From Oopsacas minuta (lineage: Eukaryota; Animalia; Porifera), in contig JAKMXF010000307.1 of assembly GCA_024704765.1 (NCBI GenBank), positions 62,001-126,000 on the forward strand: a stretch of 64,000 bases of DNA, read 5' to 3'. Position 1 is the first letter of the stretch; every line of letters begins with the position of its first letter. Both the position numbers and the translations under genes were made by a program. Below the pieces are notes generated by a model that was not told the origin of the DNA, ran no database searches, and was given only the letters and a program-made list of their open reading frames with translations. This document shows, piece by piece, positions 12,537-28,482 of this stretch.

Positions 12537-14077
12537 TAAGTCAAACTGTCATGACAAAATCCTCCTGTTTTGTCAGATCATTGAATTGCTTAGTAATTAC
12601 ATTGTTCATAAGAATTGTAATCTACTAATCCTCCCATATTTCTGCGCTTGTCATAACATTGCTTATAATTTAGAACAAAATCCAGCCTCCACCAACCGCC
12701 CCTAATGAACACCAAGCATTTTCAATAGAACGACCGATTAATTTTAAGAATTTCAGAATTTACGCAATTCATATTATACTACTTATTAACTAAATCTCTA
12801 GTAACTATTTCGAATTCTAAATGAATATCCAGGAAGCACTTGATTTCTCTCTCAACCATCAATCAGATCTGCAGTCGATGCCCACATCCAGATATTTGGT
12901 CTTAGTAGAATAAAACATGAGTCATTGCCATGTAGAAAGGTCATTACGCTTACTGAAAGCATCAGGTGCAGACTTCAATTCGCTGAATCTTCTCCGAATT
13001 GAGGAGAATTCGCCATCTGAAAGCTCCCCCTGTCTCACAAAGCAACGTATTATTGGAGAAGAGCGAATAGTTTTTGCAGTTGACCTCGCAATGGAGTCAA
13101 GAAAACTCTGCCTGTATTGGCACTGAAGGCTCTTAGATGTAGATTAAAACCACTCTTGGATTTGATCGCTGCTATTGCAGAAAATGATAATGTTCATACT
13201 TAAACAATTGCTACCTATACTCTCCAACTAATCTCTAATGAAGCTAACGACCAAAGGACAGCTAATTAATCGAAAGACCTTCTTTCCTAAGGGATATTAG
13301 CTTGTAGTGTCAAGCGAAATGCCGATTGGCAAATCGTGTTCTTTTTAAATTTTCTTGAGATTGGTAAACGCAAATTCACTAATATGAGAAATTATGTAAA
13401 CCATAAAATATGTATTCCCCCCATATAACCAAATAGCTGATTATTGTGCCACCATGATGGCATCATCTGAGATTATTGAAATTCGGAACAATGATCAAGT
13501 TAAAATAGGAATTGGTATATCACATAAATCTATCTTACAACAGACAATTATACGATTACTTGATTCTAACCTATGTCCCGATGGTCCAAAATATTTGTTA
13601 GAGCTTATCATCGCCGATGGATTAGACGGTCCGGGTGGCCATAGTATTAGTAGCTCAAAAGGAAAACGAAAAGAATACTAAATTCTTAATGGATCTTGTG
13701 ATCAATCCCGAAGTCGCTACCATTGAAAACGACGGACTAGAGTACCATATGGCAATTTTAGAGTTAAAATTCTCCGTACACTGTTAAATAGGAAAATGTC
13801 TGGTATTCTGAGTGGAGCAGGTGATGCAAGTTACCAACTTTGTATTGCAAGTTTTGCAGAATTGTAAGTTTATGAACTTATCCGATCAGGGTTTCCTATT
13901 AAAAGGAAGAGAACTTCAGCAAAGGAAATATTCTCTATTGTAGGCACAGAGAATTAAGTATTACTACCTTCGAATGATCGTTGTGGTTTAACACATGAAC
14001 CCATAGCTGAAATTGACATAATACCAGCATCTCCACAACTTATCTACACTCATGTCTTTCGTTGGTTCATGCTTCTT

Positions 14078-15793
14078 CAGGGTTGGCTAGTTTAACCCAA
14101 TTAAGTGGGTTAACCCCTAATTTATGGTCAAAACCGGTTATTACACTGTCCTAACACTCATTTTATTGGGTAAACTACCTAAACTGTGTTTAAGACTCTA
14201 ATTTAAGATTTCCAGCCTATAATTTGATCAAATTCGTAAACACAGTAAATTTTCAAAGTCTTCATAAGTAAAGATCTGTAATCGTATAATTTACATGAAC
14301 CAGACGTTATTAAGCAAGAATTTCAGCATTCCTTCGGAATGAATACGAAGGGAACTCGAAAAGTTTTGTCGTTTGTTATTAAACCACAAGTATTTTCTAT
14401 TAAAATTATTTTTTATATATTTGGATGCATATTATTTACCTACACAACAAATTTCATTAGTTTATCTTTTGTACTTTTCGAACTTTTCGAATTGCTTGAT
14501 TTCTAAAAGCTATGGCTTGTATGATTCTTCAACCAGAATCTGACCTCAGAAAACGCGATTTTAGAGCGCTGATTTTAATTTTGTTCAAACTTGAGAAGAG
14601 CCATTTGGAAATACACAAAACTTTTGCAGAAGCACTTCCTAAATATAGCTCTTTGTTTGAGAACAGTAGAGCGATGGTACTCAGAGTTTATTCATGGAAA
14701 TTTATTCTTGAAGATGGTCCCCGTCCTGGTAGGCCCAGTATTACGCACACGGTCGAAAATGTAGAGCTGGTGTTGGACGAAGTAACAAAAGACCCTCATG
14801 TTACTTACGCTCAGTTAGAACATGAAACCAAATTGTCATCGGGGGGTATAAACATCATTTTACATAAAGAGCTCAGTCTTAGAAAGTTTTGTGCCCGTTG
14901 GATCCCGCATTCTTTGTCGTCCGATCAGAAAAAGTGCCGAGTGGACTTTTGCAAAATTATGCTTAAAAGATTTGTTAATGGAACTTCTAGAGCTGTTTCT
15001 GAAATACTCACAGGCGACGAGACATGGATATACCACTATGATCCAGAAACGAAGAGACAATCTAAGGAGTGGGCCGAAGAAGGTGGTTTACCTCCAACAA
15101 AGGTCCGGAGAATTAGATCAGTCGAAAGCAGATGTGGACGATTTTCTTTAGATGTAGTGGATTTTTGAAGGAATTGCACTTGATGATAGGAAGACAGTCA
15201 CCACTGATTGGTATACCACAATATGTCTTCCGAAAGTATAAAGTGCTATCGAAAACAACGTGAGAAGTCAGGTGTCCGAGGAGTCCTGCTTCACCACGAT
15301 AATGCTTCATCACATACAGCACTAAGAACTCGTGAGTTTTTAGAGAATTATAGGCTCGGAGCGCTACTCCACCCACCCTACAGTCCAGATCTAGCCCCTT
15401 GCGATTTTTGGTTATTCCCAAAGCTGAAAGATCAACTTTGTGGGAGGAGATTTTTCAGCAATGAAGAGTTGACCGGGGCACTTTTCTTAGCAATTGAGGA
15501 AATACCCAAAGAAGAATGGAAAATGTGCTTTGATACCTGGTTTAAACGCATGAAAAGGTGTATAGAGCGTTAGGGCGAGTATTTTGAAAAAATGTGACCA
15601 TATAATATGTAATACCTATTATATAAGTATATAAACGACAAAAATTTTCGAGTGCCCCTCGTATATGTATTAAATAATAAATTGAGTTTCCAAAAGGGGG
15701 AAATATACTTCTATTGTTTGATTAACCCGGGTTAAACTAACCCACTGGGCCGGGCTAAATCTATTTTACAAACCCGGTTAAACTCCAACCCTG
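14078..15793. mobile_element. Non-autonomous hAT-type element hosting a mariner
   Basis: Ends CAGGGTTGG(CT)AGTTTAACC at both sides; 8-bp TSD TGCTTCTT / TGCTTCCT (1 mismatch); repeated AACCC/GGGTT subterminal motifs. Confidence 0.85.
14346..15661 (+). mobile_element. mariner (DD34D) transposon, full length, frameshifted transposase (14512-15573)
   Basis: About 29-bp imperfect TIR CGA(A/G)GG(GA/GC)ACTCGAAAA(G/T)TTTTGTCGTTT; TA duplications; motifs WIPHSL, TGDETW, LHHDNA, YSPDLAPCDF; one frameshift near 15140-15170. Confidence 0.95.
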
Positions 15794-17006
15794 TGCTTCC
15801 TATTTACCACATGCGTTCAGGTACATTCTAATGCTTGCCAATCTCTAGAATGATAAATGATTCAATGAAATTTACTGGGAGTTCTTATGCAAGAAAACAG
15901 GGCTGAGAATCGATCAACCATCTAGTGATGGAGGTACAACTTCTACTAGAAATATGGCAAGACAGTGTTTTCTCTATAAAAATAACATTATTTATTGAGT
16001 TCCACTTCGATTTCAGAAGATAAGAGAGATCCAATTAGCAATCTGCATAGTAATCTATCAGTTTGATTGCATATTTTCAACTGTAATCATGCGGAAGTTA
16101 CAGACAAGCTGAATTCTGTTTGTAAGGACACCTACAAATCGATACTCTCTAACTTTCCTTGGGCAAATGTTACTCCATCTCTCCTTCGTCTACATGCTCA
16201 CTCCACTGAATTAATTCGAGATTGTAATGGAGGATATGGATTGAAGAAAATCTCTGAAGAAGCAGTGGAGGCTTGCAATAAATAAATTCGAAGATATTGT
16301 GAACATCTTGCGAGAAAAACTTCATCCATAACAAATTCCAGAGATATATTTGTCCGTCTCTTGAGCCAAAGCGTTCCAGTTCTAATATGTTTTCGAAATT
16401 TTCTTAGGTGTAAGGTACGTGGAGGAATCGGAGACGTACAAATTCTGGCGTCTAGTAAAAGCACGGGGTTGTAATTGAAGTCTAGCACATTCGATTGCTT
16501 TCAGATGAACATTTAAGGTCATGTTCCAGCAGTTTAGTAATATATTGACCCTATTTTGAAGGTTTTTTCCCTAACAAAGCAAATTCTCCAGGAAGTGACC
16601 TCCTCCCATTCTTAAATATTGATAAAATCCATTGAGTGACCCCTTGTTCGACGCCTCTTGGCTAGCAGATTCTAGTTATGCACATATCGAACTGCTAAAT
16701 GATCTATAAGCACGATTTTGATGGATCGACCTCCGCGGCAGAGCTGCAAATGGATCACATGAAGTGACGCATGTGACTCTTCGAAGTAGTGACCCATGAC
16801 CCATTGACCCATGCAGGGTTCTATCTACTGGGGGGGAAGCTTCTCCCCAAACTCTTCAACTTCCCCCCCCAAAATCTCATAAAATGTACTATTAATTGCC
16901 ATATATTATTCAATGGATAAATTATTAGAATATCAATTCATTGTGAAAGTTCTATTTGAAGTGAAAATAAACAACATGTGGGAAACCTGAATCACATTTC
17001 ATACTA

Positions 17007-19100
17007 CAGTGGATTCCGCTTAATGTGGGCACATCGGTCCAGCACGTTTCGTCCACATTAAGCGGCTGCCCAGATTATCCGAAGTTTAATCAATTCATGA
17101 TTTCATTAATAACCATTCTAGAGTTACCGTCCTTTAGCATTCATAGAATGTCGAAGCGAACGGACTTGCTTATTTCAGAGAAGATAGCTCTCCTGAAGAA
17201 ATTCCGTTCCCAACCTCGGGGAACAAGCCAGAGAAAGTTATGCGAGCTCTTCGGGGTGCCAAAGTCCACCGTTTCGAAGTTACTGAATGAAGAAACTTTG
17301 CTAAGAGAACGATGGACACTAGAACAGGCAAGTCTTGGGAAACGGAAGAGAGATGGAAAGGATCCAGAGGTCGAGGAGGCATTGAATCTTTGGTTTAGTG
17401 CTGTTCTCACCAAAGGCATTAGAATCAGTGGACCAATTTTGAAAAATGAAGCCGAGGAACTCGCTCAAATGCTAGGCAGGTCGGATTTCGAAGCAACTGA
17501 TGGCTGGTTGTCGCGCTGGAAAAAAAGGCACACGATAAAATATAAGCGAGCCCATGGTGAGAAGGGTAGTGCTGATACGGTGGAAGCTGAAAAGTGGATG
17601 TCTATTGTTTTTCCTCAGCTCTTGCGCGAATATAAGCCCGACGATATTTACAATGCGGACGAGACGGGGTTGTACTACCGAGCAACTCCAGATGGCTCGT
17701 TATGTTACGCTTACCAAAGCTCAGTGGTTCAAAGAAGGCTATGGACCGTGTAACAATCCTGTGCTGTGCAAACATGTCCGGCAATGATAAAGTTAAGCTA
17801 CTCGTGATCGGGAAGAGCAAGAAACCTCGTTGCTTCAAGGGCATAGATATGGATACGCTGCCAGTCAGTTACCGTGCGAATAAGAATGCGTGGATGACAA
17901 GTTTGTTGTTTGAAGAGTGGATCACTAGGTGGGATTCTGCTTTAGGAAAGCAATCACGCAAAATCCTTCTTCTAGTGGACAACTGCACAGCGCATCCAGC
18001 TCTTGACACGCTGAAGAATATTCGCTTGGAATTCTTGCCACCAAACACCACCTCACTAATACAGCCAATGGACCAAGGCATAATTAAGAACATCAAGGGT
18101 CATTATAGAAAAGAGCTAGTGCAGATGACCATTACCGCTATCGAAGACAACCTGCTAAGTACATCTTGCACGCCACAGAAGTAAGTGCAAAAATAACCGT
18201 CTTAGATGCTATTCGTGTTGTAGCCAAGAGCTGGCGACAGGTGAAGACCCAGACTATAGCCAACTGCTTCCGTAAAGGTGGCTTTTGGGTGACGGCATCT
18301 GAAGAGGGTACAGAAAAAAATCTAGCTTCGCAGGAGAGCAACGAGGAGCAAGCCTTGCCAGAAGTCGTAAATGGCGACAGCTACCTCCTGATAGATGAAG
18401 ATATGAAATGTTACAATGAGGACGGCACTCTTGAAGATGACATCGTTGAGACACTCTCAAACAAGCGCCTTTGCCTAGAGGACGGCAGCGACAGTGACTC
18501 TGATAATGACACAGTAGTAAGAATAAGTAACGTGGCAGCCAAGCGCTCCATACAGGTTTTGCAACAGTACTTCGTCGAGCAGGGTTTCAGCGATACACTT
18601 CATGCTAGTCTGGATATGTGTGCTGACGAAGTTTTTTCGAATGCTGCTTCTAAAATGGCACAGACTACCCTGGACCCGTTCTTGGCGTAGTTATAGATTA
18701 TACAAATCAACTTTTGTTCCACGTATTTAGCATATACAGTCGACTCCGCTTAATCGGGTCACTTTGGTTCCAGAGCATTTTGACCCAGTTAAGCGGAATT
18801 TAGGTGTTGACCAGATTAAGCGGAGTAAATTAATACTATTCTATGGTTTTGTTCTTGGCCAAGTGACCTGATTAACCGGTGGCCCAAGCTTAACCGGTGA
18901 CCCGATTAAGCGGAGTCGATTGTAATTCAACTTCAATCTATGATATTTAGAATTGGTTTGTCCACATTAACCGAATTATTGCCCATATTAACCGTAGTAA
19001 TATAGTACACGTAATATAGAAATGAATCCGTCCCTGGTAAAATGTCCACATTATGCGGCTGCCCACATTAACCGGTGCCCACATTAAGCGGAATCCACTG
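17007..19100 (+). mobile_element. pogo/Tigger element, frameshifted TIGD4/6-like transposase (~17144-18690)
   Basis: 26-bp TIR CAGTGGATTCCGCTTAATGTGGGCAC; TA duplication; CENP-B HTH (GWLSRWKKRH), YNADETGL, LLLVDNCTAH, LIQPMDQGII. Confidence 0.95.
18737..18922. mobile_element. Tigger-type MITE (186 bp) inside the Tigger 3' region
   Basis: 26-bp TIR CA(G/A)TCGACTCCGCTTAATCGGGTCAC; TA at 18735-18736 and 18923-18924. Confidence 0.92.
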
Positions 19101-22100
19101 TATTTGCAACTGCGAAATAATAACATATGTTGGAAAGTACAGCTCTCCACTACCCATCCACCTATAATTAGTGATTTACAAATTCTTGAGATATAATATA
19201 GCGGAAAAGTTATTTTTGTTATAAACTTCACATAGGTAACTGATTGACCCAGTGTTACCACATGGATAAATTTGTTATCATTCGAGGAACTAAAAGAAAT
19301 ATTTCTGATTGCAACAATATATCTGAGTCTGAACCACAACCACCAGAGGAAGATACGATTGTTTCTACTCCATGAGCTTCTAAAACAGCTAAAACAATGC
19401 GAGCCTACAAGGACAACTTAGTTTATAAACCTACTTGGAAGAATGAATACTTGGATGGACTACGATTCAACCCAAAATGGTATGATATATACGATTTGTA
19501 AGGTCAATGGTAAACCACCGGTATAAGCGAGAGGTGCATGGGTGACAAGACCTATAAACAATTGGGTGAAGGCGAAAAGTTTACTAATACAACATGATAA
19601 ATCTGATTGGCAAGCAGCAGCGATCGAAAGAATGGTTATGTCTCAATCAACAGGGAACATGGCAATGCAATGGAACAATTGGAAGCAGCCACTGCGGAGG
19701 AGAAGAAACAGAACCGTGACATTATGAAAAAGCTTATTCGATCCTTATACTTCTTGGTTAAGCATCATATCCCCCATACAACTACATTTGAAACCTCATT
19801 ACTTTACAAATTGAGAATGGGGACATCATACTGAAATCTCAGAGAGAAGTGTCCACACACAATGCGACATATGAATCATATACCACAATAGTGGAACTTC
19901 TCTCAAGTATTAGCAATGTAATCGAGAAGAAGATCATCACCAGTCTCAGTGCTAGCCCATATTATTCATTAATGGCAGATGAAAGTACGGATGTAGCATC
20001 ACAAGAAGAGTTGTCAGTATGTGCACGTTGGATAGAAGATAATAAATCAGTAGAACATTTTCTTGGAATTTTGCATGCGAAGGAGAAAAATGCTCAAGCG
20101 ATCGCTTGTTACCTTTGAACTTTTCTTCATTCCAAAAACATTTGTTTTGATAAGATGCGTGGACTTGGTTTTGATGGTACAATACTATGTCGGGTCACAG
20201 AAGTGGTGTTCTAATACGGCTAAGATTACATGCACCAAGCTCAATCTATGTGCACTGTCGCTGCCATAAGCTTCAACTTGCTGAATTAAATGCTGCATCA
20301 GAACATACAGTAGTGAAGTGAGTTTTGGGTACACTATTAACAATCTGGAAGGCTTCTCACTTTTCTCCCAAAAAAGCTGAGAAACTTGCTGAGATTCAAG
20401 CTGAACTTCAGGCTCCTGAAATTAAAATGCAGAAGCCTAGTGATACTCGGTGGTTAGCCGTGAGAGAGTTGTGTCTGTTGTGCGACGGAGTTTACCAGCC
20501 TTGGTCAGTATATTTGAAGAGATATACGCAGAAACTGGGGATGCAGAATCACATGGAATTGCAACTCTCTTATTGAAGTACAAGACTGTCGCATGTATCT
20601 ACATGCTATCAAATGTTCCTCATATCATAGCGAAATTGCAAGGAAGTCTACAAGCCAAGGATATTGATCTTGCGAGTGTGTCATCTATGGTTGTTAGTAC
20701 TACTAAACGGCTGTTGGAACTCAAAGAAGATGTAACAAGCAGCACATGGTTCAAGGAACATTCTTTGGTTTTTACTCATGATGCTCAATTAGGGGAGAAA
20801 CACATCGTGGTATTGGAAGAAGAGAAGACGGAATTCTTCACAAGGTGTATCGACAATACCTCCAAGTGTTATAGATCATATTCATGTCATGATGGAATCT
20901 ACTGAACTCATTTCAACCATGTCTGTTTTTGACCCTCGCCATCTTCCTAGTACAGAAGAAGAATTATCAGAGTACGGAATGGAACAGATTAAGACACTCA
21001 CGGATTTTTATAGTGTAGAACAAAGGATCAATGTAGGAGGAGATGAAGGTATATCACAGCCTGACATCGAGGCTAAAGAAACTGAGTCAGACTGGAAATT
21101 GTTTCGACAATAATTTTCCTACAGTACAAAGGTAGGTCCTTACAATTTGTGCTCTTAAGACTGCTGGGCAACGGAGAGATATATGCTGCATTTCCAAACT
21201 TGGCAAAGATAGCCGCTATTTTGGAAGTATTACCAGTGACAACAGTCACAGTCGAAAGGAGTTCAGCAATATGAAATTAATAAAAACGAGACTTCGCAGC
21301 CGAATGAGTGAAGAGACACTTGATTATTGTATGCGCATATGTATTGAAGGTCCTGATCACCTATCTGATGAAAATTTAGAGGCAGTATTGGAGCATTATA
21401 AAGGAATGAAAATTAGAAAAATCAATTTGTGAGCGACCCTTTCATGTTTTACTAACGATAGAAATCTTCATTATTAAGAATTAGATTAAATGTTTGGTGT
21501 TTACTTCAAGGTTGTAATATTTTGATAATTGGGTACTAAGGATTTCAAAGCTTCTCCCCAAATTTAACATCCTAAATAGAACCCTGCCATGGGTTATGCC
21601 CATTTAATATTTTCTGACCCATTCTGACCCATTATGTATTTCATTATTAGGAGCAATTATAATGTAAGTATTTAGTGTAACACAATAGTTAAATCAAGTT
21701 GTTTTTATATCCTTCCAACACAACAGAGACAGCTTCGATAGTTTCTGGCAAGATTGCATTCCGTTGAGATGTTACGATAAGCCGAGCATTAAAGGCACTA
21801 AAGTGTCTCTCGCTTTCGGATGAGGATGCCTGAATTACCAATAGTCTCATGGCAATTATTGATAATAATGGAAACCTAAATTTATTCTGCTTCCACCAAT
21901 CAAGGGGATAAAAACTCTCACTTGTAGCATTCCAAACATTTAGTATAATGACCACCTCTATTAACTCGATTAAGAAGGTTTTCTAATTGACAAATAACTC
22001 TTAAGCCTACATTGTAGATAATAAAATTTTGATGGGGTCATGACCCACTGACCCATTTGCAGCTCTGCTCTGCGACCTCTTAATTTCTTATTTCTTACAT

Positions 22101-22145
22101 ATTTAACATGGGTACACAAAGTTAACGTCTGTTTTGTTATTGATA

Positions 22146-23478
22146 CAGGGGCATTCAATATATACTAGTCACTGTATATTTTAATGAAATAGCAGTTCTA
22201 AGCTAGTATTTCTCAGTGCAATTATATAGAACCATATTTCAACTTTCTAACAAAACTTAGGGAGAGTTGATCACTTAATTATTTCCTAAGTTTCAGTTAT
22301 TTTTAGAAACCTACATTTTCTCCTTTACATTTTTCATGGCTTCTTGTCCAAATTTTTCGGAACTTGAACAACGAACGTACATCAAATTTCGCACCATTCT
22401 CGAAATCCCTCCAAAGTCTATTTATGACGAGTTGGCAACGATATGTGGAGAAGATACTTTATCGTATTCAACTGTCAGAAGGTGGGTGAGCCTATTTAGG
22501 GAAGGTAGGACCTTTGTCCAAGACGCCCCTCGTCCTGGAGCACCAAAACTGGCGACCAACAATGACAAATTGAGTGAAGTAAAGGAATATGTCGAGTCTT
22601 TTCCGCATTCTTCGGTTGAGGAGGTAGCTAACTATGTTGGCATTTCAACGGGAAGTGCACACACAATTCTGAAGGCGGATTTAGAACTGAGGAAGGTCCA
22701 AGTACGATGGGTACCACATTGCTTAACTTTTCCACCAAAGGCCGCGAGACTCCAAATGGCTAAGGAAAACCTTGATTTTATGAAGGAAGTGACCCTAGGC
22801 GGTTATTAGAGATAGTAACAGGAGATGAAACATGGATACAATTCAAACCACCGATCAGAAAGCAAGATGGCAGGGTATGGCTAAAGAAGGGAGAGGTACC
22901 CCAGCTGTTTGTGTATCCGACTTCCGTGCCCCGAAGGTCTTGTACTGCATATTTTTCGATGGCCTAAGTCCTGTAGCCCAAATCCCTGTTCCCAAAGGTC
23001 AGACACTCACAGAACAATTTTACGCAGATGTGGTGTTGCCTGAGGTCGAAAAACATTATCTTAAGCGTCGTCCAAAGACTGGAACTCGTGGTCTCAAAAT
23101 TTTGCACGATAATGCTAGACCGCATAAATCTTTGGCTGTAAGGCAAAAAATTAAAGATATGGGTATGCACGAAGTTCCACATCCACCTTACTCCCCTGAT
23201 ATAGCCCCATGTGACTTCTGGCTGTTTAGAAAACTCAAAGATAACCTCTCCGGATGCGAATTTGAGGATCGGCTCAGCCTCGGTCGGGCAATTTACAGAT
23301 ACCTTGAAGTCATTCCCAAGGATGAGTACAGAAAGATATTTGAAAATTGGATTAAAAGGCTAAATTCAGTTGTAGCGTATAAAGGAGACTACTTTGAACA
23401 TTCATAGCAAAAATTACCAACTTTACACAAGTATCTATAGTGTTAGATGGTATGATTAGTATTTATTGAATGCCCCTG
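22146..23478 (+). mobile_element. mariner (DD34D) transposon, full length, frameshifted transposase (22336-23407)
   Basis: TIR CAGGGGCATTCAATA(T/A)ATACTA; TA duplication; WVPHCL, IVTGDETW, LHDNARPH, YSPDIAPCDF; frameshift near 22790-22810. Confidence 0.95.
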
Positions 23479-23989
23479 TAAGTAGCAAAAAATTGATTCA
23501 TTTACAGTATAGTTTATTTTTCAGTATCTGTCCCAAATATTTGTGCAAAGATGTCGCGAAACTTGTCAATTTGAATAGCCTAAAGTTTGAACTGGATCAA
23601 TGTTACCCTCCCGAAAAGTGCCATCCCAGGAGAAATTAAGAAAAGTACTGAACTAAAAATGGCTGGATAACCACTGAATTACGCTGGCAAAAGTTGTCGG
23701 ATCAACAGCAGTCGATTGTCTTATCACATTCTATAATAGGTATGAGCACAAAATTGATGCTATTCGACTAACTAATCAGATGTCTGAGATAGATATGTTT
23801 CTTTCAACCTATACATATATTGTCGACAATAACTGGTCGTTGTTTCTCTCTACCTACTACTTGTACTTGGTGTATTTTGGCGCGATTTTTAGTTACTGAA
23901 CAGGTTTTGATCAAAGTATTTAATGAACGAGCAGATTTCAACTAGTTGTTTACTTTATATTCATAAGAATATAAATATGTATACATGTA

Positions 23990-24175
23990 GAGTAGAGTCT
24001 CACCAAACGAACACGGTTAAGGAGTGACTCTGGATAAGATATGGAGTACAAATTTGTACACTTTATCAGCCCCTTCAATGCCTTTTCAAAATAAATTAGT
24101 TCGGATAATACGTACTCCAGATAAGGAGTATGGATTTTGCCAACCCCTCGTGTACGGATTGACGAGAGTCTACTG
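23990..24175. mobile_element. Degenerate Tigger-type MITE
   Basis: Right end GACGAGAGTCTACTG|TA; left end TA|GAGTAGAGTCTCACCAA is a diverged inverse copy. Confidence 0.55.
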
Positions 24176-24719
24176 TAATTAACTCAAAAGAGTGAAAATC
24201 GAAATCAGCATACTCGATACCCTAATGTAATAATTGTTTAGCTTTCCTATATCGTCAATAGAAGGATATTTTATGCCTATATCATATACGCAGATCGTCT
24301 TCCCCTAGTATACCGACACAAGATGGACAAACACACGCACAAACATACATTCACCCCCACAATAATTGAGTTTTATGCCTATTCGGTTATTATGTTATTT
24401 GCGTTCACTATTTGAACTGTGGTGGGGAAATTGACATTGGAATAGTGGCAGGCTTGCTCCTGGTTGTTGTAAGGATGTCTGACTACCTCATATTGTTGGA
24501 TTGGGTCTTTAGAATTTGACATCCACTTGTTGAATGTGATTTTGATAGGAAGTTATGAATATTGCGTATAATTGTTGTTTGCCATAATTGGTACTCCTTG
24601 GACCAATTATCCAGCCAGCACCACTTATGGCCGGGCATATCTGGTCCAGGCCATCTAAAGCGTTATAGTACTCGATTGTAGTATAATTGGTTGTAGATCG
24701 AATTAATTCTATTTTTGGT

Positions 24720-24803
24720 GCGACGAAAAGTCCGTGTGATGAAACGTTCATGCGGCAAAATGTCCATGAGACAAAATGTCAGCAACGAAATGTCGGTCAT
24801 TCC
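24720..24803. repeat. Short tandem subterminal repeats (CGACGAAAAGTCC / CGGCAAAATGTCC / CAACGAAATGTC) ending in GGTCATTCC; probable DNA-transposon (MULE-like) end
   Basis: Five degenerate 13-16-bp units seen directly; family assignment is inference only. Confidence 0.4.
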
Positions 24804-25074
24804 TTTATAAGCACAAGAAACATTCAGAAAGTTGATTAGAAAGAAGCATTAATACAATTTTAAGGTCAAAATGCCAATGTATAAAGAATATAGAAATATA
24901 CAAACATTATATTGAATATTGTGATATACTTAGTCTAAGGACAACTGATTTTACTCATAATTGCATGGAGATAGCATAAACATAACACATTAACAAACTT
25001 ACTCTGAATAAAGTGACCTATAAATATCATAGAAATTAGAGATATATCCATATTCCATGAAATTAGAGAGAATT

Positions 25075-28452
<3,378 letters not shown>

Positions 28453-28482
28453 TTACGAGCCGGGTGAAGACAGTTTATAATC

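Larger units (their letters stand above)
12821..16560 (+). mobile_element. Transib/RAG1-core-like transposon relic, copy C (interrupted by 14078-15793)
   Basis: FLEIGKRKFT, IIADGLDGPGGH (13454-13681), RTLLNRKMSGILSGAGDA.YQLC, HEPIAEIDIIPASP; resumes after 15794 with IDQPSSDGGTTST, VTPSLLRLHAHS, SEEAVEACNK (16067-16285). Termini not identified. Confidence 0.85.
16814..21586 (+). mobile_element. hAT5-like element (C17orf113/ZNF862-type transposase pseudogene ~19395-21432) with 5-bp TSD
   Basis: TIR CAGGGTTCTAT; TSD CCATG (16809-16813, 21587-21591); shared subterminal AAGCTTCTCCCCAAA. Motifs LYFLVKHHIPHTT, YSLMADESTD, GLGFDG, VHCRCHKLQL, PSDTRWL, VTTVTVER.FS. Confidence 0.88.
16739..22067 (-). 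mobile_element. Internally deleted Ac/Tag1-type hAT derivative (about 550 bp of own sequence) retaining only the hATC dimerisation domain
   Basis: 15-bp TIR CAGAGCTGCAAATGG (16739; 22053-22067); TGACCCA subterminal repeats at both ends; ORF 21689-21955 WWKQNKFRFPLLS...ASSSESERHFS; degenerate 8-bp TSD CTCCGCGG / CTCTGCGA. Confidence 0.8.
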
